A DNA stretch of 64,000 bases from Thermodesulfobacteriota bacterium (GCA_963422265.1 OY729416.1:1664001-1728000), one strand, 5' to 3'; positions 1 to 10,200 are shown, counted from the stretch's first letter. The notes: generated by a model from the letters alone, not told the origin. Program-made: numbers and translations.

Positions 1-1
1 G

Positions 2-526
2 ATGCTTCACGCCGATATAGTTCTACCCAATAACCTTGGGTTCGTAAGGGTTGGGCGTCAGCCTTTTGACTGGGGCTTGGGGATTTTGGCGAACGGCGGA
101 CACGACCCGTATTCCGACCTTGGATTCGTTGTTGACAGGTTCCTATGGCTCAAGTCATTCCCAACGGGAACTGGATCCACAACCTTAGTCGTGGTTAGCG
201 ATAGATTCACACAGGGCAGCCGTATAGTAACCGGTAGTGGAGACGGCTGGGATGCTGCGGCGGTTGCTTTAATCTATAACCAGCCAGATATGAACGGCGT
301 CAATTTTACGATTGGCGGTTACGTGTTCCCTTACATTCATCAGGACAATGTTGTATATGACTTCGGTGGTGATCCAGGGGCATTCAGAGGCTTTAATCTG
401 GACAGATTCACCCTCTATTCTGGTATGCTTGATCTCAAAACGGATGCGTGGAGGCTTGCTGCAGAGATTCAGGGAGGTTTCGGTAATATAGAAAGCCCTG
501 TGGACTCTTCCAGCTTTCGGCTATAA
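2..526 (+). CDS. Outer-membrane beta-barrel (porin/alginate-export-like) protein, 5'-partial, first frame of a frameshifted gene
   Basis: Amphipathic beta-strand pattern and RVGRQPFDWGLGILANGG motif; runs off the window start; continues in the next frame. Confidence 0.6.
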   Translation: MLHADIVLPNNLGFVRVGRQPFDWGLGILANGGHDPYSDLGFVVDRFLWLKSFPTGTGSTTLVVVSDRFTQGSRIVTGSGDGWDAAAVALIYNQPDMNGVNFTIGGYVFPYIHQDNVVYDFGGDPGAFRGFNLDRFTLYSGMLDLKTDAWRLAAEIQGGFGNIESPVDSSSFRL

Positions 527-566
527 CAAAGGAGATAATGATATAGCTGCCTCAAACTTCATAGCC

Positions 567-1136
567 GTGGCTCGCGCCGAGTATTATCCCGGTGGCTCCA
601 CTAAGGTAGTGGCTGTTGAGGGTGGTTGGGCACCGGGCGACGATGGATCGACGCCTGGCAAGATTGAAGGTGGCGTTCCATTCTTTAACCCCGCTTATAA
701 CCTAGACAATCTGCTCTTCAAACACATCATCCCAGATATCTATAACGTAGAGAGCAGCGTCTATAACGCTTACTATGCGAAATTATGGGCAACGATGAAG
801 CTAAGTGATAGTGCTTCCTTCACGCCTCAGGTCTTAGCAGCGTTTAACCAGGAAACTGAGAATCCTTCGGCTCGGGGTTTGGGTGGAAGCGATTTCCAAA
901 ATGCGAAACTTGGTTCCTATATGGCTACCGAGGTAGAGGGGACTTTGACGTGGCATGTAACGCCTGGCGTAACCTTGGACACTATAGGCAGCTTGGTACT
1001 CCCGGCGGATAGCTTTGATAGTTTGATGGAGGCAAGAGCTAATGCTGCTGCTGAAGTTGATAACGCTAAATATGACTCAACGCCTTGGGCTGTTCAGACT
1101 AGGCTGATGATAGCTATAGATGAGTTCTTGAAATAA
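567..1136 (+). CDS. C-terminal part of the same beta-barrel protein
   Basis: This frame is open from 492 (..TLPAFGYNKGDNDIAASNFIAVARAEYY..) and overlaps the end of the upstream ORF, indicating a +1 frameshift near 492-523. Confidence 0.6.
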   Translation: MARAEYYPGGSTKVVAVEGGWAPGDDGSTPGKIEGGVPFFNPAYNLDNLLFKHIIPDIYNVESSVYNAYYAKLWATMKLSDSASFTPQVLAAFNQETENPSARGLGGSDFQNAKLGSYMATEVEGTLTWHVTPGVTLDTIGSLVLPADSFDSLMEARANAAAEVDNAKYDSTPWAVQTRLMIAIDEFLK

Positions 1137-1200
1137 AAGCAAACGAATTGGGATAAGCAAGTTTTCCACATGGATACGCGCTTTCCCTAGTAAAAGACTT

Positions 1201-1242
1201 AAAAGCCCCTTCTATTATTTGCTAATAGAGGGGGCTTTTTTT
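1201..1242 (+). terminator. Intrinsic terminator
   Basis: AAAAGCCCCTTCTATTA / TAATAGAGGGGGCTTTT hairpin followed by a T-run. Confidence 0.8.
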
Positions 1243-1249
1243 ATTCGCA

Positions 1250-2400
1250 GGTGCATGCCCCTTTCCCAGAGGGAGAATATCTGAACTGTGATTTTTGGGA
1301 TGGAATGACGGGCTATGATTAAGAGGATAAAAGAATAAATCCCCCTGTGTCCCCCCTTCGACAAGCTCAGGACACAACCTTCGGCTAGCAGTTCGGCAAG
1401 GGCTCCCTTCGGTGAACTCAGGATGACACACTGACCGCTCAGGGTAGCACTTTTCTAAAGGAGGAGAAGAAATGGGTAGATTTCCTGTGTGCCCCTATAG
1501 AAAATAAGGAAAGCCTTTTGGTAAGTTCAGATGGTGATGGCAAAAGACATCCCCTCCTTTTGTAAAGGAGGGTTAGGGTGGATTTCCTTGTCTGTAGGGT
1601 CTCCCCGACCCTAGTGGTCGCCCTTAAGGTAAGGATGGCGAGGGTAACCACTAGTGGGTTACCCCTACAAAATGACGGGAAGGGGGGGGATAGCCGTCAC
1701 TCCTACTCAAGTAGGAACATGGTAAAGGTATTGAGGGGAATATTAGAGAAGGTGTTGTCATTCACCGATGCCCCATCAAATCCCCCTTAGTCCCCCTTTT
1801 CTAAAGGGGGAATGTGTTAGGGAATGGTAATCGTTCCCCGTTTTCCCTTCTGGATTTCTAGTTCTCCGCTCAAGAGACCGCGGGGGACAGGCGGTGGCAG
1901 AAATGACGGAAGTGCCCTCACCCTGGTTCTACAGGCTCACCAACCTAGCGAGAGGGGGAAAGACAAGATTCCCTTTTTGCGCTTCTCCCTTCAGTAGGCT
2001 CAGAGATTAGAAAGGATATTCCCCTCCTTTTATCTGTAGGGTCAGCCCCTAAGGTAAGGATCAGGGTAACCACAAGGGTTACCCCTACAAAAAGATGGAA
2101 GGGGGGGGAAATGACGTCTCTTGACTTACCGCATATTATAGCGACTCGCTGATTTTCACACCTGGAATGGAAATGGAGGAAGAAGGAGATTCTTCCTTAC
2201 ATACTCCCCCTTTAGAAAAGGGGGACTAAGGGGGATTTGACGGGGGGCAATGAGTGTCGTCCTTCCCGCTCCTGTATCGGGGTATGGGATAGATTCTGAG
2301 CGGGGAATGAGAACATTCCTTCCCTCCTACCCCTTCTTGGATTTCCTGCTTATGTAGGAATGACGATTTCCACGCATCACCCATCCCATCATTTTGTAGC
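1250..2400. repeat. Mosaic array of REP-like palindromes
   Basis: Modules CCCCCTTTAGAAAAGGGGG, CCCTCCTTTTGTAAAGGAGGG, GGGTAACCACAAGGGTTACCCCTAC, CCTTCGACAAGCTCAGG and GGAATGAC recur across the window. Confidence 0.85.
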
Positions 2401-2484
2401 AGGAACTCAAGGGAGCTTTGGAAACCTGTGCTAGATGTAACCTTATCCTCAATTATTCTCCAATAAGGAAACTGTAAAAAAGGG

Positions 2485-2513
2485 TTGACAATGTTTGTGG
2501 ATTTTGGTACAAG
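2485..2513 (+). promoter_or_regulatory. Sigma70-like promoter within a repeated leader cassette
   Basis: TTGACA-17bp-TACAAG; identical copy at 8950-8978. Confidence 0.55.
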
Positions 2514-2581
2514 GGAAAGTATGGAGGAAAAAGGCGGATTGCAATTAGAGACTACCTATTTTCCATAAACGGAGGACTACC

Positions 2582-3553
2582 ATGCCTGGCGATAAACAAG
2601 ACTACATAAAGGTGCTTTCAGTAGATGGTGGGGGAATAAAGGGTATAATCCCAGCTATGGTTCTTGCAGAAATGGAAGACCGTTCCAATGTAAGGATCGC
2701 TGAGATGTTTGATTTAATAGCTGGAACCTCGGCAGGTGGTATTATAGCTCTGGGGTTGAATGTGAAGGATAGCAATGGATGTCCCACACACTCGGCTAAA
2801 GAAATCATTAAGTTTTTCACTGATGATGGTCATAAGATATTCAACAGATCATTATGGAAGAGGTTACGTAGCGTCGGGGGACTAAGAGATGAAAAATACG
2901 ATCATGAAGAGCTGGTTCGAATACTGAAGAAATATATGGGCGATAGTACACTTGGAAGTTGTATCACAGAGACGCTAATTAGCTCGTATGATATTAAAAA
3001 CCGTTGTACTCAATTTTTTAAAAGCTGGAAGCTTGAACATCAAGATTATAAAATGTGGGAGTTGTCTAGAGCCACTTCTGCGGCTCCTACCTATTTTGAG
3101 CCTATTGAGCTAGACGGAGCAGTTCTTGTTGATGGAGGAGTATTTGCAAACAATCCTGCCATGTGCGCCTATGCGGAAGTGAAGAAATTACAAGCAGATC
3201 CGAAGCAAAAGCAATTCTGTTCAGAAATGCCAATCCTACTTGTGTCTTTAGGTACTGGAGAGCACACCAGACCAATCTCCTATATGGAAGCCAGAGATTG
3301 GGGAACGATAGAATGGATAAGGCCTATACTCAACGTTGTTTTTGATGGAGTAAGCGATGCCGTTGATTACCAGTTGAAATTAGTTCGAGGGGATGGGGAT
3401 GAGTTCTATAGGTTTCAGACTAAGCTTGATAAAGCTTATGATGATATGGATGATGCAAGTATGACAAATGTGAATGCTTTGAAGAAGAAGGCTAAAGAGC
3501 TTATTAGTAGTAAAGGGGAAGACATAGAGAAGATTTGCGAAATTATAAAATAG
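2582..3553 (+). CDS. Patatin-like phospholipase
   Basis: DGGGIKG oxyanion motif, GTSAG nucleophile, SAAPTYF, DGG; GGAGG RBS. Confidence 0.92.
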   Translation: MPGDKQDYIKVLSVDGGGIKGIIPAMVLAEMEDRSNVRIAEMFDLIAGTSAGGIIALGLNVKDSNGCPTHSAKEIIKFFTDDGHKIFNRSLWKRLRSVGGLRDEKYDHEELVRILKKYMGDSTLGSCITETLISSYDIKNRCTQFFKSWKLEHQDYKMWELSRATSAAPTYFEPIELDGAVLVDGGVFANNPAMCAYAEVKKLQADPKQKQFCSEMPILLVSLGTGEHTRPISYMEARDWGTIEWIRPILNVVFDGVSDAVDYQLKLVRGDGDEFYRFQTKLDKAYDDMDDASMTNVNALKKKAKELISSKGEDIEKICEIIK

Positions 3554-3855
3554 TTAATGCTAGCCTCAGACTGACTTCTTATATTAAGTTGGATGCGCAC
3601 AATAAGAAAACAGGCTTTTAAGGGGGAGACGTATATGTAGCGAGCCGCCCCCCGACGCTTTCTCGGTGTTTGCAACAAGTCTTAATTGTAATTACTGTAT
3701 TCTCTTGGATTTTGCTTAGATGGAGTATGTGGAGGATTTCTGTGGTAGAGCATGTTAACAGTAAGTTGACGTTGAATATCCCTCGGATATCAGATACGAA
3801 GCCTACTCGGCGCTAAAGCTTCTAAGCTAAAATTCACACATGGAGAAAACCGGGT

Positions 3856-4386
3856 TCATTTACCAAGCTGAAAATTGTTGTAGAGGAAGAATCCCGTAAA
3901 CAAAGTGGCTAAGATAAACAATCTAACACAGAGCCAAGGTATCACCTTCCTAACTAGTTCTGTTTCCCATGACGATTCTTCCTTTAGTTCTTTCATCTTA
4001 TTGGTATAACACTCTATCATATTGTTAATAATATCATCCTCTTTCGTCTTATTCATATAATGCTCTATCAACTTATCAATATGATTCTCTATCAGATTTA
4101 GCTCCTTATAAGATTTGTTTTGAGCAATGGGAAATGCTATAAGTGTTAGAATGATTACTAAAGCAAAAGCTATCCATGAACCATACAACGCTCACTCGTT
4201 ATTATGAGATCCATTTTGGATTAAATTGTCCATGAAAATGAAAGAGAGTCCCAAACTTGCAGCGGATAAAGATAAAATCTCTGCGTCAAAAATTTGGGAG
4301 TTGGATAGTATTATGTTTCGTAGATGCTGTCTATGGTTAAGGTACTCAGAATATACCCTTTTCTCTTCTTCGTTGTTATTGCTCAT
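3856..4386 (-). pseudogene. Hypothetical membrane protein interrupted by an in-frame TGA
   Basis: ORFs 4192-4386 and 3856-4188 share a frame and are separated by TGA at 4192-4194 (HNNE*ALYGSW). Confidence 0.65.
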
Positions 4387-4610
4387 TGTTTGCTAAGCTC
4401 CTATTGGTTAGTTTTTTTAATGATAACCTTTGTATACTTTTTTAGACTTAAACATCAACCATAATTTTCTCGTACTACGAGTAGAAATCAAAGTCAAGTT
4501 GTTTTATGGATTTTTACACACAGTCACCTGATTTGACCCTATGCGTTCATTGACAGTATGATAAACGAGCGAACACAGTAATTGCACTTATTGAATACTA
4601 GATTCCCGTT

Positions 4611-5025
4611 TTCACGGGAATGACGTCTCTTGACTTACCGCATATTATAGCGACTCGCTGATTTTTCACACCTGGAAAAAGCGCAAGATGGGGCTAAGTA
4701 AACATCTTGATGGGGGGTTGAAAACTTTCAAAAAGTAGCGATTTTCCGCGTTTTTCTAGCCCTTTTCCAACATTTTCTTTACTGTATCTAGCGATTTCAT
4801 ATCACTTTGATCACTTTTCCGTAACTTAGAAAAGAGGCTTATCCTAGTAATTAGGCTTTTTGGTGATAGACGAAGTGTTGTTAAAGTTGGTTTAATCAGG
4901 GTTTGTGAGGCGTTTAAATATATCTTTGCTGCTTGCTTAAAATCACATGGGAGCAGGTTTTTTGTGAGTGGGGCGGGTTTTTTGGTTCATCTGAAATGAA
5001 TGTCCGCAGATTACGCATCCCTTGA
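4611..5025 (+). repeat. 415-bp direct repeat, copy 1
   Basis: Near-identical to 6826-7240; its 5' end also occurs at about 2108-2167 and 47249-47287. Confidence 0.9.
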
Positions 5026-5077
5026 GCCAGCCAAAAGGTAGGGTGCGGGTGCTTTAGCCTCATCATGACAAAACCTC

Positions 5078-5630
5078 TGTAAGAGTTCAAATATGAGACC
5101 GGGGGTAAACTAATAGGGGAAGGAGGTAGCATGTTAATGACAGTATTCAGCATAGCCAAAGGTTTTCATAAACTGTTGAGACACCCACCGCCAGACTTAA
5201 GTCCTAAGGAGTTAGATAGATTAAGGAGGATAACAATATACAATAGAATAAAGGACGTATCACTGGTATGTAAGATTTATGGGATCAGCCGAGCTACACT
5301 GTACAGGTTTCTAAAGAGATATGATCCTAAGAATCTTAAATTTCTAAGGGACCGGTCTCGTCGTTCACATAGGCTACGGAAGGCAAACTGGAGTCATGAA
5401 CTTGTGATGGAAAGTAAAGAAGCTGCGGGAACAGTGTCCTAGGTGAGGGAGGGAGAAACTGAGCATACTGTTAAAAGAGTGGGGGATTGGTAAAAGTGGT
5501 GAGGGGGAATAGGAGGCTAGGAGCCGTGCGAGCTCTCGTATGGCAAAAGAGTTTATAGATACAGTAGAGAGAAGCAGATGCTGTTCAAAGTAAAGGCAAT
5601 ACAGGTAGATGGTGGTAGTGAGTTCTTTTC
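5078..5630 (+). mobile_element. Degraded IS481-family-like transposase remnant
   Basis: HTH (CKIYGISRATLYRFLKRY..DRSRR) at 5131-5442; frameshifted LREQCPR*GREKL; integrase-core fragment IQVDGGSEF near 5600-5627; putative TGT left end at 5078. Confidence 0.7.
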
Positions 5631-5686
5631 TGAAAAAACTTGACAGTACGACAAACAATCGTTTATTATTAGAAGCGAGGAAGGCT

Positions 5687-5785
5687 ATGATGAATGAAAA
5701 GAGGTTTTACTTTTCATTGTCTGAGAGTAAGCATAATCTTCTTTCAGAGTTTGCTAAGCAGAATAATATATCTAAGGGGGGATAA
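5687..5785 (+). pseudogene. Short ribbon-helix-helix-like fragment (32 aa)
   Basis: MMNEKRFYFSLSESKHNLLSEFAKQNNISKGG*; TTGACA at 5640 upstream. Confidence 0.35.
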
Positions 5786-5788
5786 ATA

Positions 5789-5998
5789 ATGCCTCATTAT
5801 GATCTTTATTTACCGGATAAACTAAATGATCGTCTTGCAGGAATTGCCAACCACGAACAGGTTAATAAAGAAGAAGTTATAAATATGGCTTTGGCATTGT
5901 TTGATCTTATATATGGGGAAAAGCAACAAGCAGGAGACATAACTATCAATATTATGAATGCTCAAAATCAAATGGTTAAGCGTATAACGGATCTATAA
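5789..5998 (+). CDS. CopG/ribbon-helix-helix-like small DNA-binding protein
   Basis: YDLYLPDKLNDRLAGIA..VNKEEVINMAL strand-helix-helix pattern; TAATG coupling to the next gene. Confidence 0.55.
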   Translation: MPHYDLYLPDKLNDRLAGIANHEQVNKEEVINMALALFDLIYGEKQQAGDITINIMNAQNQMVKRITDL

Positions 5999-6309
5999 TG
6001 GATGTGCGATTTAGAGTTGTTAGAGAGGATTTTGAACGTGCCACACTTGAATCTCTACTAATAGATAATAAATCTAAAAGGTACGATCAGAAACTACGAA
6101 AAGATTATGCAAACTGGGCAAAAAAGACAGTTACTTTGTGGCTGGTGTTTATAGTCATACTACTTATATGGGTTGGCATATATGATTATTCTGCTCCCAA
6201 GACGAGTCTTTTTTCTGAGAGTGTTCTTATAACACTTTTAGCGACAACAACCATTAATGTAATTGCACTGACCCTGTTCATCATCAAGGGACTGTTCGAA
6301 TCGAACTAA
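5998..6309 (+). CDS. Hypothetical two-TM membrane protein
   Basis: Two hydrophobic helices; SVLITLLATTTINVI motif; start overlaps the upstream stop. Confidence 0.6.
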   Translation: MDVRFRVVREDFERATLESLLIDNKSKRYDQKLRKDYANWAKKTVTLWLVFIVILLIWVGIYDYSAPKTSLFSESVLITLLATTTINVIALTLFIIKGLFESN

Positions 6310-6586
6310 AAAATAATTGACTACCGCCTTAGGGGCGTGCGCTTTCCCGCATGTATTAAGCAGGGAACAGGAAGCCAATTCTTTTGTTTCCCCCTTTAGC
6401 TAAAGGGGGATTTGATAGTATAATCGCCAACATGGTTTGGCACGGAGTTGGACTTGCTCGTTGTGCTAACGTGACTACATTTGAGTAACCAGCTTAATTT
6501 AATAGGTATTTATCTGCCACTTAAAAAGCCTTTTAAGTGAGCTTAAATCGTGCTAAAACGGAGATTAAGCAACCCCATTCCCCGCG

Positions 6587-6823
6587 CTAATCACAGGCAG
6601 TCCTTTGCTCTCCCCCCGTTTGATTGAGAGATGTTACCATAAAGTCGTAGCTCTTCCCCGACGTCAGCCCACGCACCCTCGCCGAGTTTTCCTTTACGGT
6701 AAGCTCTTCCCGATACTCCGAGATGTCCTCGTCACTCGACTTAACGCTCACAACCGCCCTGCCGTAATTATCTTCGGGTGAGTTCCAGCTAATGTTAGCA
6801 TAGCTAAAGACAATGCTACTATC
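6587..6823 (-). pseudogene. Fibronectin type III domain remnant with no start codon
   Basis: Manual translation ANISWNSPEDN..ARVRGLTSGKSYDFMVTSLNQTGGE fits the FN3 consensus; truncated at the 415-bp repeat edge. Confidence 0.7.
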
Positions 6824-6825
6824 TC

Positions 6826-7240
6826 TTCACGGGAATGACGTCTCTTGACTTACCGCATATTATAGCGACTCGCTGATTTTTCACACCTGGAAAAAGCGCA
6901 AGATGGGGCTAAGTAAACATCTTGATGGGGGGTTGAAAACTTTCAAAAAGTAGCGATTTTCCGCGTTTTTCTAGCCCTTTTCCAACATTTTCTTTACTGT
7001 ATCTAGCGATTTCATATCACTTTGATCACTTTTCCGTAACTTAGAAAAGAGGCTTATCCTAGTAATTAGGCTTTTTGGTGATAGACGAAGTGTTGTTAAA
7101 GTTGGTTTAATCAGGGTTTGTGAGGCGTTTAAATATATCTTTGCTGCTTGCTTAAAATCACATGGGAGCAGGTTTTTTGTGAGTGGGGCGGGTTTTTTGG
7201 TTCATCTGAAATGAATGTCCACAGATTACGCATCCCTTGA
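6826..7240 (+). repeat. 415-bp direct repeat, copy 2
   Basis: Matches 4611-5025 (one substitution noticed by eye). Confidence 0.9.
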
Positions 7241-7332
7241 AGCAAAAGCACCCTCACCCCGACCCTCTCCCGGAAGGCGCTCGCGGATGAGTCCACTCTT
7301 TCTTGGTATAAGCACGCCCTGTGCGCGTGTAT

Positions 7333-8367
7333 TCACCCTTGTTTATTTATCGCTTTCATCTCGTTATTAGTCAGTGGTTTGCTGTAAACGCGCAGGTGGC
7401 GCACAAGACCGTGGAAAACGCTTCCATCTGAATAATTTGTAAATGAGATGTTTTTATCTGTTGATTCCGCGGGGGAACTTATCACTTCTAGTTTGAAGCC
7501 GTCGGCGAGCCGATGCTCATGAGAACTGAATTCTTGCACAGCCTGTTTGTCTGAGTCGTATGGGTTGAAAACAAGCATTGTGAGAACCTTTTTATCATTG
7601 AGGTTGACTGAACAGATGACTCTGTACCACTTATCAGTCTCCAGTTTCCACTTCCCACCGTTGGAAGGTTCAATGATCTTATCTTGATTATTCAAAGTCA
7701 GTTCAAGATTCCCATCGTTCCCACGTCTAATACTGAACCACCTGTAGGATGTTCCGCCTACCAGAATTGTTCTATGGTCCCCCTCGAAATCATAGGCGTA
7801 GAAATCAAGAGCGACGGTGAAATTGTTATATTCAAACTGCCTCAAGTGTGCTGTCGCTACGTAGCCATCATCTATGTCTTCTCCCCCGTATTCATAACGC
7901 CCGTTTAGATAAAGAGCGTGCTTATCTTTACAATTTTCATCTTGATTATTCTTACAAAACTTGGTCTCTTTAAGATATATGCTTTCACTCGTGTTGGACG
8001 AGTCATTAGAATCTATATCAAGTTTGTAATTGGCTATAAGGTAAGAATCTATATCTGCAGTATCCTGTTTTGCTATGGATATTGTCACAAGGACTTCTCT
8101 ATTTATTAGGGAGAGACTTCCAGCTTTGAGGCTTTGTTCCACAACTAGACCAGGTTTTACGCCCTTTACAAATCTTGTTCGTCCGAGATCTACTAATTTG
8201 AAACCTTTGCTCTCAAGAGTCTTTCTAGCATCTGTAAGGTTCTTTTCATAGATATCTGGTACTTGTAGCGATGAATAACTTAAGATTGCTATTGTGGCAG
8301 TACAAATTGCCGATATTGCGGAAATTGCTCCCCAAACCCCTGACAATCTGTCCAAACAGCGTAGCAT
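7333..8367 (-). CDS. Membrane-anchored PASTA + LamG/concanavalin-like domain protein
   Basis: N-terminal TM; VPDIYEKNLTDARKTLESKGF..PGLVVEQS (PASTA); FTVALDF..WYRV..FHGLVRHLRVYSKPLT (LamG-like). Confidence 0.7.
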   Translation of the reverse strand: MLRCLDRLSGVWGAISAISAICTATIAILSYSSLQVPDIYEKNLTDARKTLESKGFKLVDLGRTRFVKGVKPGLVVEQSLKAGSLSLINREVLVTISIAKQDTADIDSYLIANYKLDIDSNDSSNTSESIYLKETKFCKNNQDENCKDKHALYLNGRYEYGGEDIDDGYVATAHLRQFEYNNFTVALDFYAYDFEGDHRTILVGGTSYRWFSIRRGNDGNLELTLNNQDKIIEPSNGGKWKLETDKWYRVICSVNLNDKKVLTMLVFNPYDSDKQAVQEFSSHEHRLADGFKLEVISSPAESTDKNISFTNYSDGSVFHGLVRHLRVYSKPLTNNEMKAINKQG

Positions 8368-8599
8368 TTTTTATTCCTTACTAGAATTAGCTTAGACCTA
8401 AACATCAACCATTTTAGACTTGTACTATAAATAGACATTAAAGTCAAGTTGTTTTATGGATTTCTACACAGAATCACCTGATTTAAACCTATACATATTT
8501 TGACGATATTAAGAAGGATCGTTGTGGGATCTCGTCTTTTAAGCAACTTGCTCAAAAAATGATTCCGAAACCCTGAAACGAGTTCAGGACAAGCAAGTT

Positions 8600-8870
8600 C
8601 GGAAGACGGTTCTAGGATGTGTAGTAATCGTCATTCCTGCTTTACGCAGGAATCTAGTAGGTGGGGTAGGGAGAGTACTCTCCTTTCCCGACTCCCTTTC
8701 TAGATTCCCCGCTCGAGGTCTGTCTCGTACCCTGATATGGGAGCGGAAAAGACGAGATTCTCCTTTTGCGCTTCCACCTTCGGTACATACTCCCAACCCT
8801 TCTTGGATTTCCTGCTTATGTAGGAATGACGATTTCCACGCATCACCCATGCCATCATTTTGTATGGGAA
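8600..8870. repeat. REP-like palindrome cluster (CGTCATTCC..GGAAT type)
   Basis: CGTCATTCCTGCTTTACGCAGGAATC and related hairpins; shares a block with 2330-2400. Confidence 0.7.
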
Positions 8871-9193
8871 ACCTAAGAGGGATTTGAAACTCTTCATCAG
8901 ACGTAACCTTACCCTCAATTATTCTCCAATAAGGAAACTGTAAAAAGGGTTGACAATGTTTGTGGATTTTGGTACAAGCATAAAGTGTAACATTGGAAGG
9001 GAAGCTTTCATGATAGATAATCTTAGAAGTAAATCAAAAGAGAACCTAACAAAATACACAATGAAATTGCTCTGCTGTTGTATTTTTCTAGGTTTGCTTA
9101 TGGTTGAGGGTGAAGTAGAATAGTATATAGAGAAATAGAGTTTGTATAAACACACTAAGGTTGTCAACTAAAAAATCAAAGGAGGTAATAAAT

Positions 9194-9640
9194 ATGAGGC
9201 AGGTTTTGATAGGTCTTGCTTGGATTATCGTTCCTGCTATAGTGGCTTCCGTCACGACTTAATTATGTCTCAAGCTCTCTGTTAAAGGAAGAAGAAGTGG
9301 TTGCTTAAGCTAGCAGAGCATATGCTGACTACGTTAAAGAAGCGGTCAGTCGTTCACAAAAGAGGGGGAAGATAAAAATCTTGCTAAGGCAAAAGCTCGT
9401 GTTGCAATCTATGGTGACATCGAAACTGTCAAGAAACTTGCTAGGTTTCACTATGAACATAGCCGTATTGAAAATAAAGATGAGATGGAGATGTTTCTGG
9501 ATATCATAATTTCTATGAGGAAAAATTTATATGGTAAAGAGAAAACTCAATATAAGAAATATCTCTGTTGGTCCCTTGCTGGGAATAATGAAAATCTCTG
9601 CCCCTATACCTATGAGACTAGTAAGTTTCTGCAATAGAGA
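9194..9640 (+). pseudogene. Degraded hypothetical gene
   Basis: GGAGGT RBS then MRQVLIGLAWIIVPAIVASVTT*; later protein-like segments (LAKAKARVAIYGD..MRKNL) broken by stops and frameshifts. Confidence 0.5.
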
Positions 9641-9915
9641 TAAATTAGGTTGATAGGGGGACCACTAGTTAATGGTCCCCCTTTACGAAAGGGGGAATTA
9701 GGAATAGTTCTCATTTCCCGCTTGAACTCAGAGAAACCTAATGAGGGACTAAAGCAGGTTTGATTCTTCCCTTTAGCTAAAAGGTTGCAGTTTCTATATG
9801 AATTGATGTGAGAGGTTTAATAGCCGAGAGTGAAGAAACGGTGAGGGATTTCTCTCCATCAAGGGGATGATCTACAAACACATTAATAAGGATTTGTCTG
9901 TTCTGAACCTTACCA

Positions 9916-10200
9916 CTAAAGAACGGCATGAGGGTAAAATCCTAGATCAATTCCTCTTTTTTCTATTTTCTGGATTGAGAAAGGCTCATCTTTATAGAGG
10001 AGCTTCGCGGTCTTACGGGCATCCTGCCAACTGCTGAATATCTCAACAACTTTCCTGTCTTTCATCAAAGCGTACATACCAGAATTATTATGATAGAAAT
10101 CATCGTCAAGTTTTTGAAAAACCTCGTAGTTTTTATCTACCTCTTCCTGGTACTTAATTACATCCTTTCCCTGATCGGAATCGAGAACACGCCTAGACAT
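9916..10200 (-). CDS. Hypothetical small protein
   Basis: Intact 94-aa ORF with AAAGGT RBS; GMYALMKDRKVVEIF..FSIQ..DLGF pattern. Confidence 0.65.
   Translation of the reverse strand: MSRRVLDSDQGKDVIKYQEEVDKNYEVFQKLDDDFYHNNSGMYALMKDRKVVEIFSSWQDARKTAKLLYKDEPFSIQKIEKRGIDLGFYPHAVL

Noticed and set aside
4192-4194. TGA recoding (Trp/Sec) suggested by in-frame TGAs here and in the transposase remnant
   Set aside because: TGA terminates normal genes (aroA, tusA-like), TGG is used for Trp throughout, and other remnants carry TAA stops; ordinary decay explains it
2582-4386. CBASS or another defined defence operon around patatin
   Set aside because: No CD-NTase or other recognisable defence core gene nearby; the JAMM gene at 26107 sits in a cysteine-synthesis context
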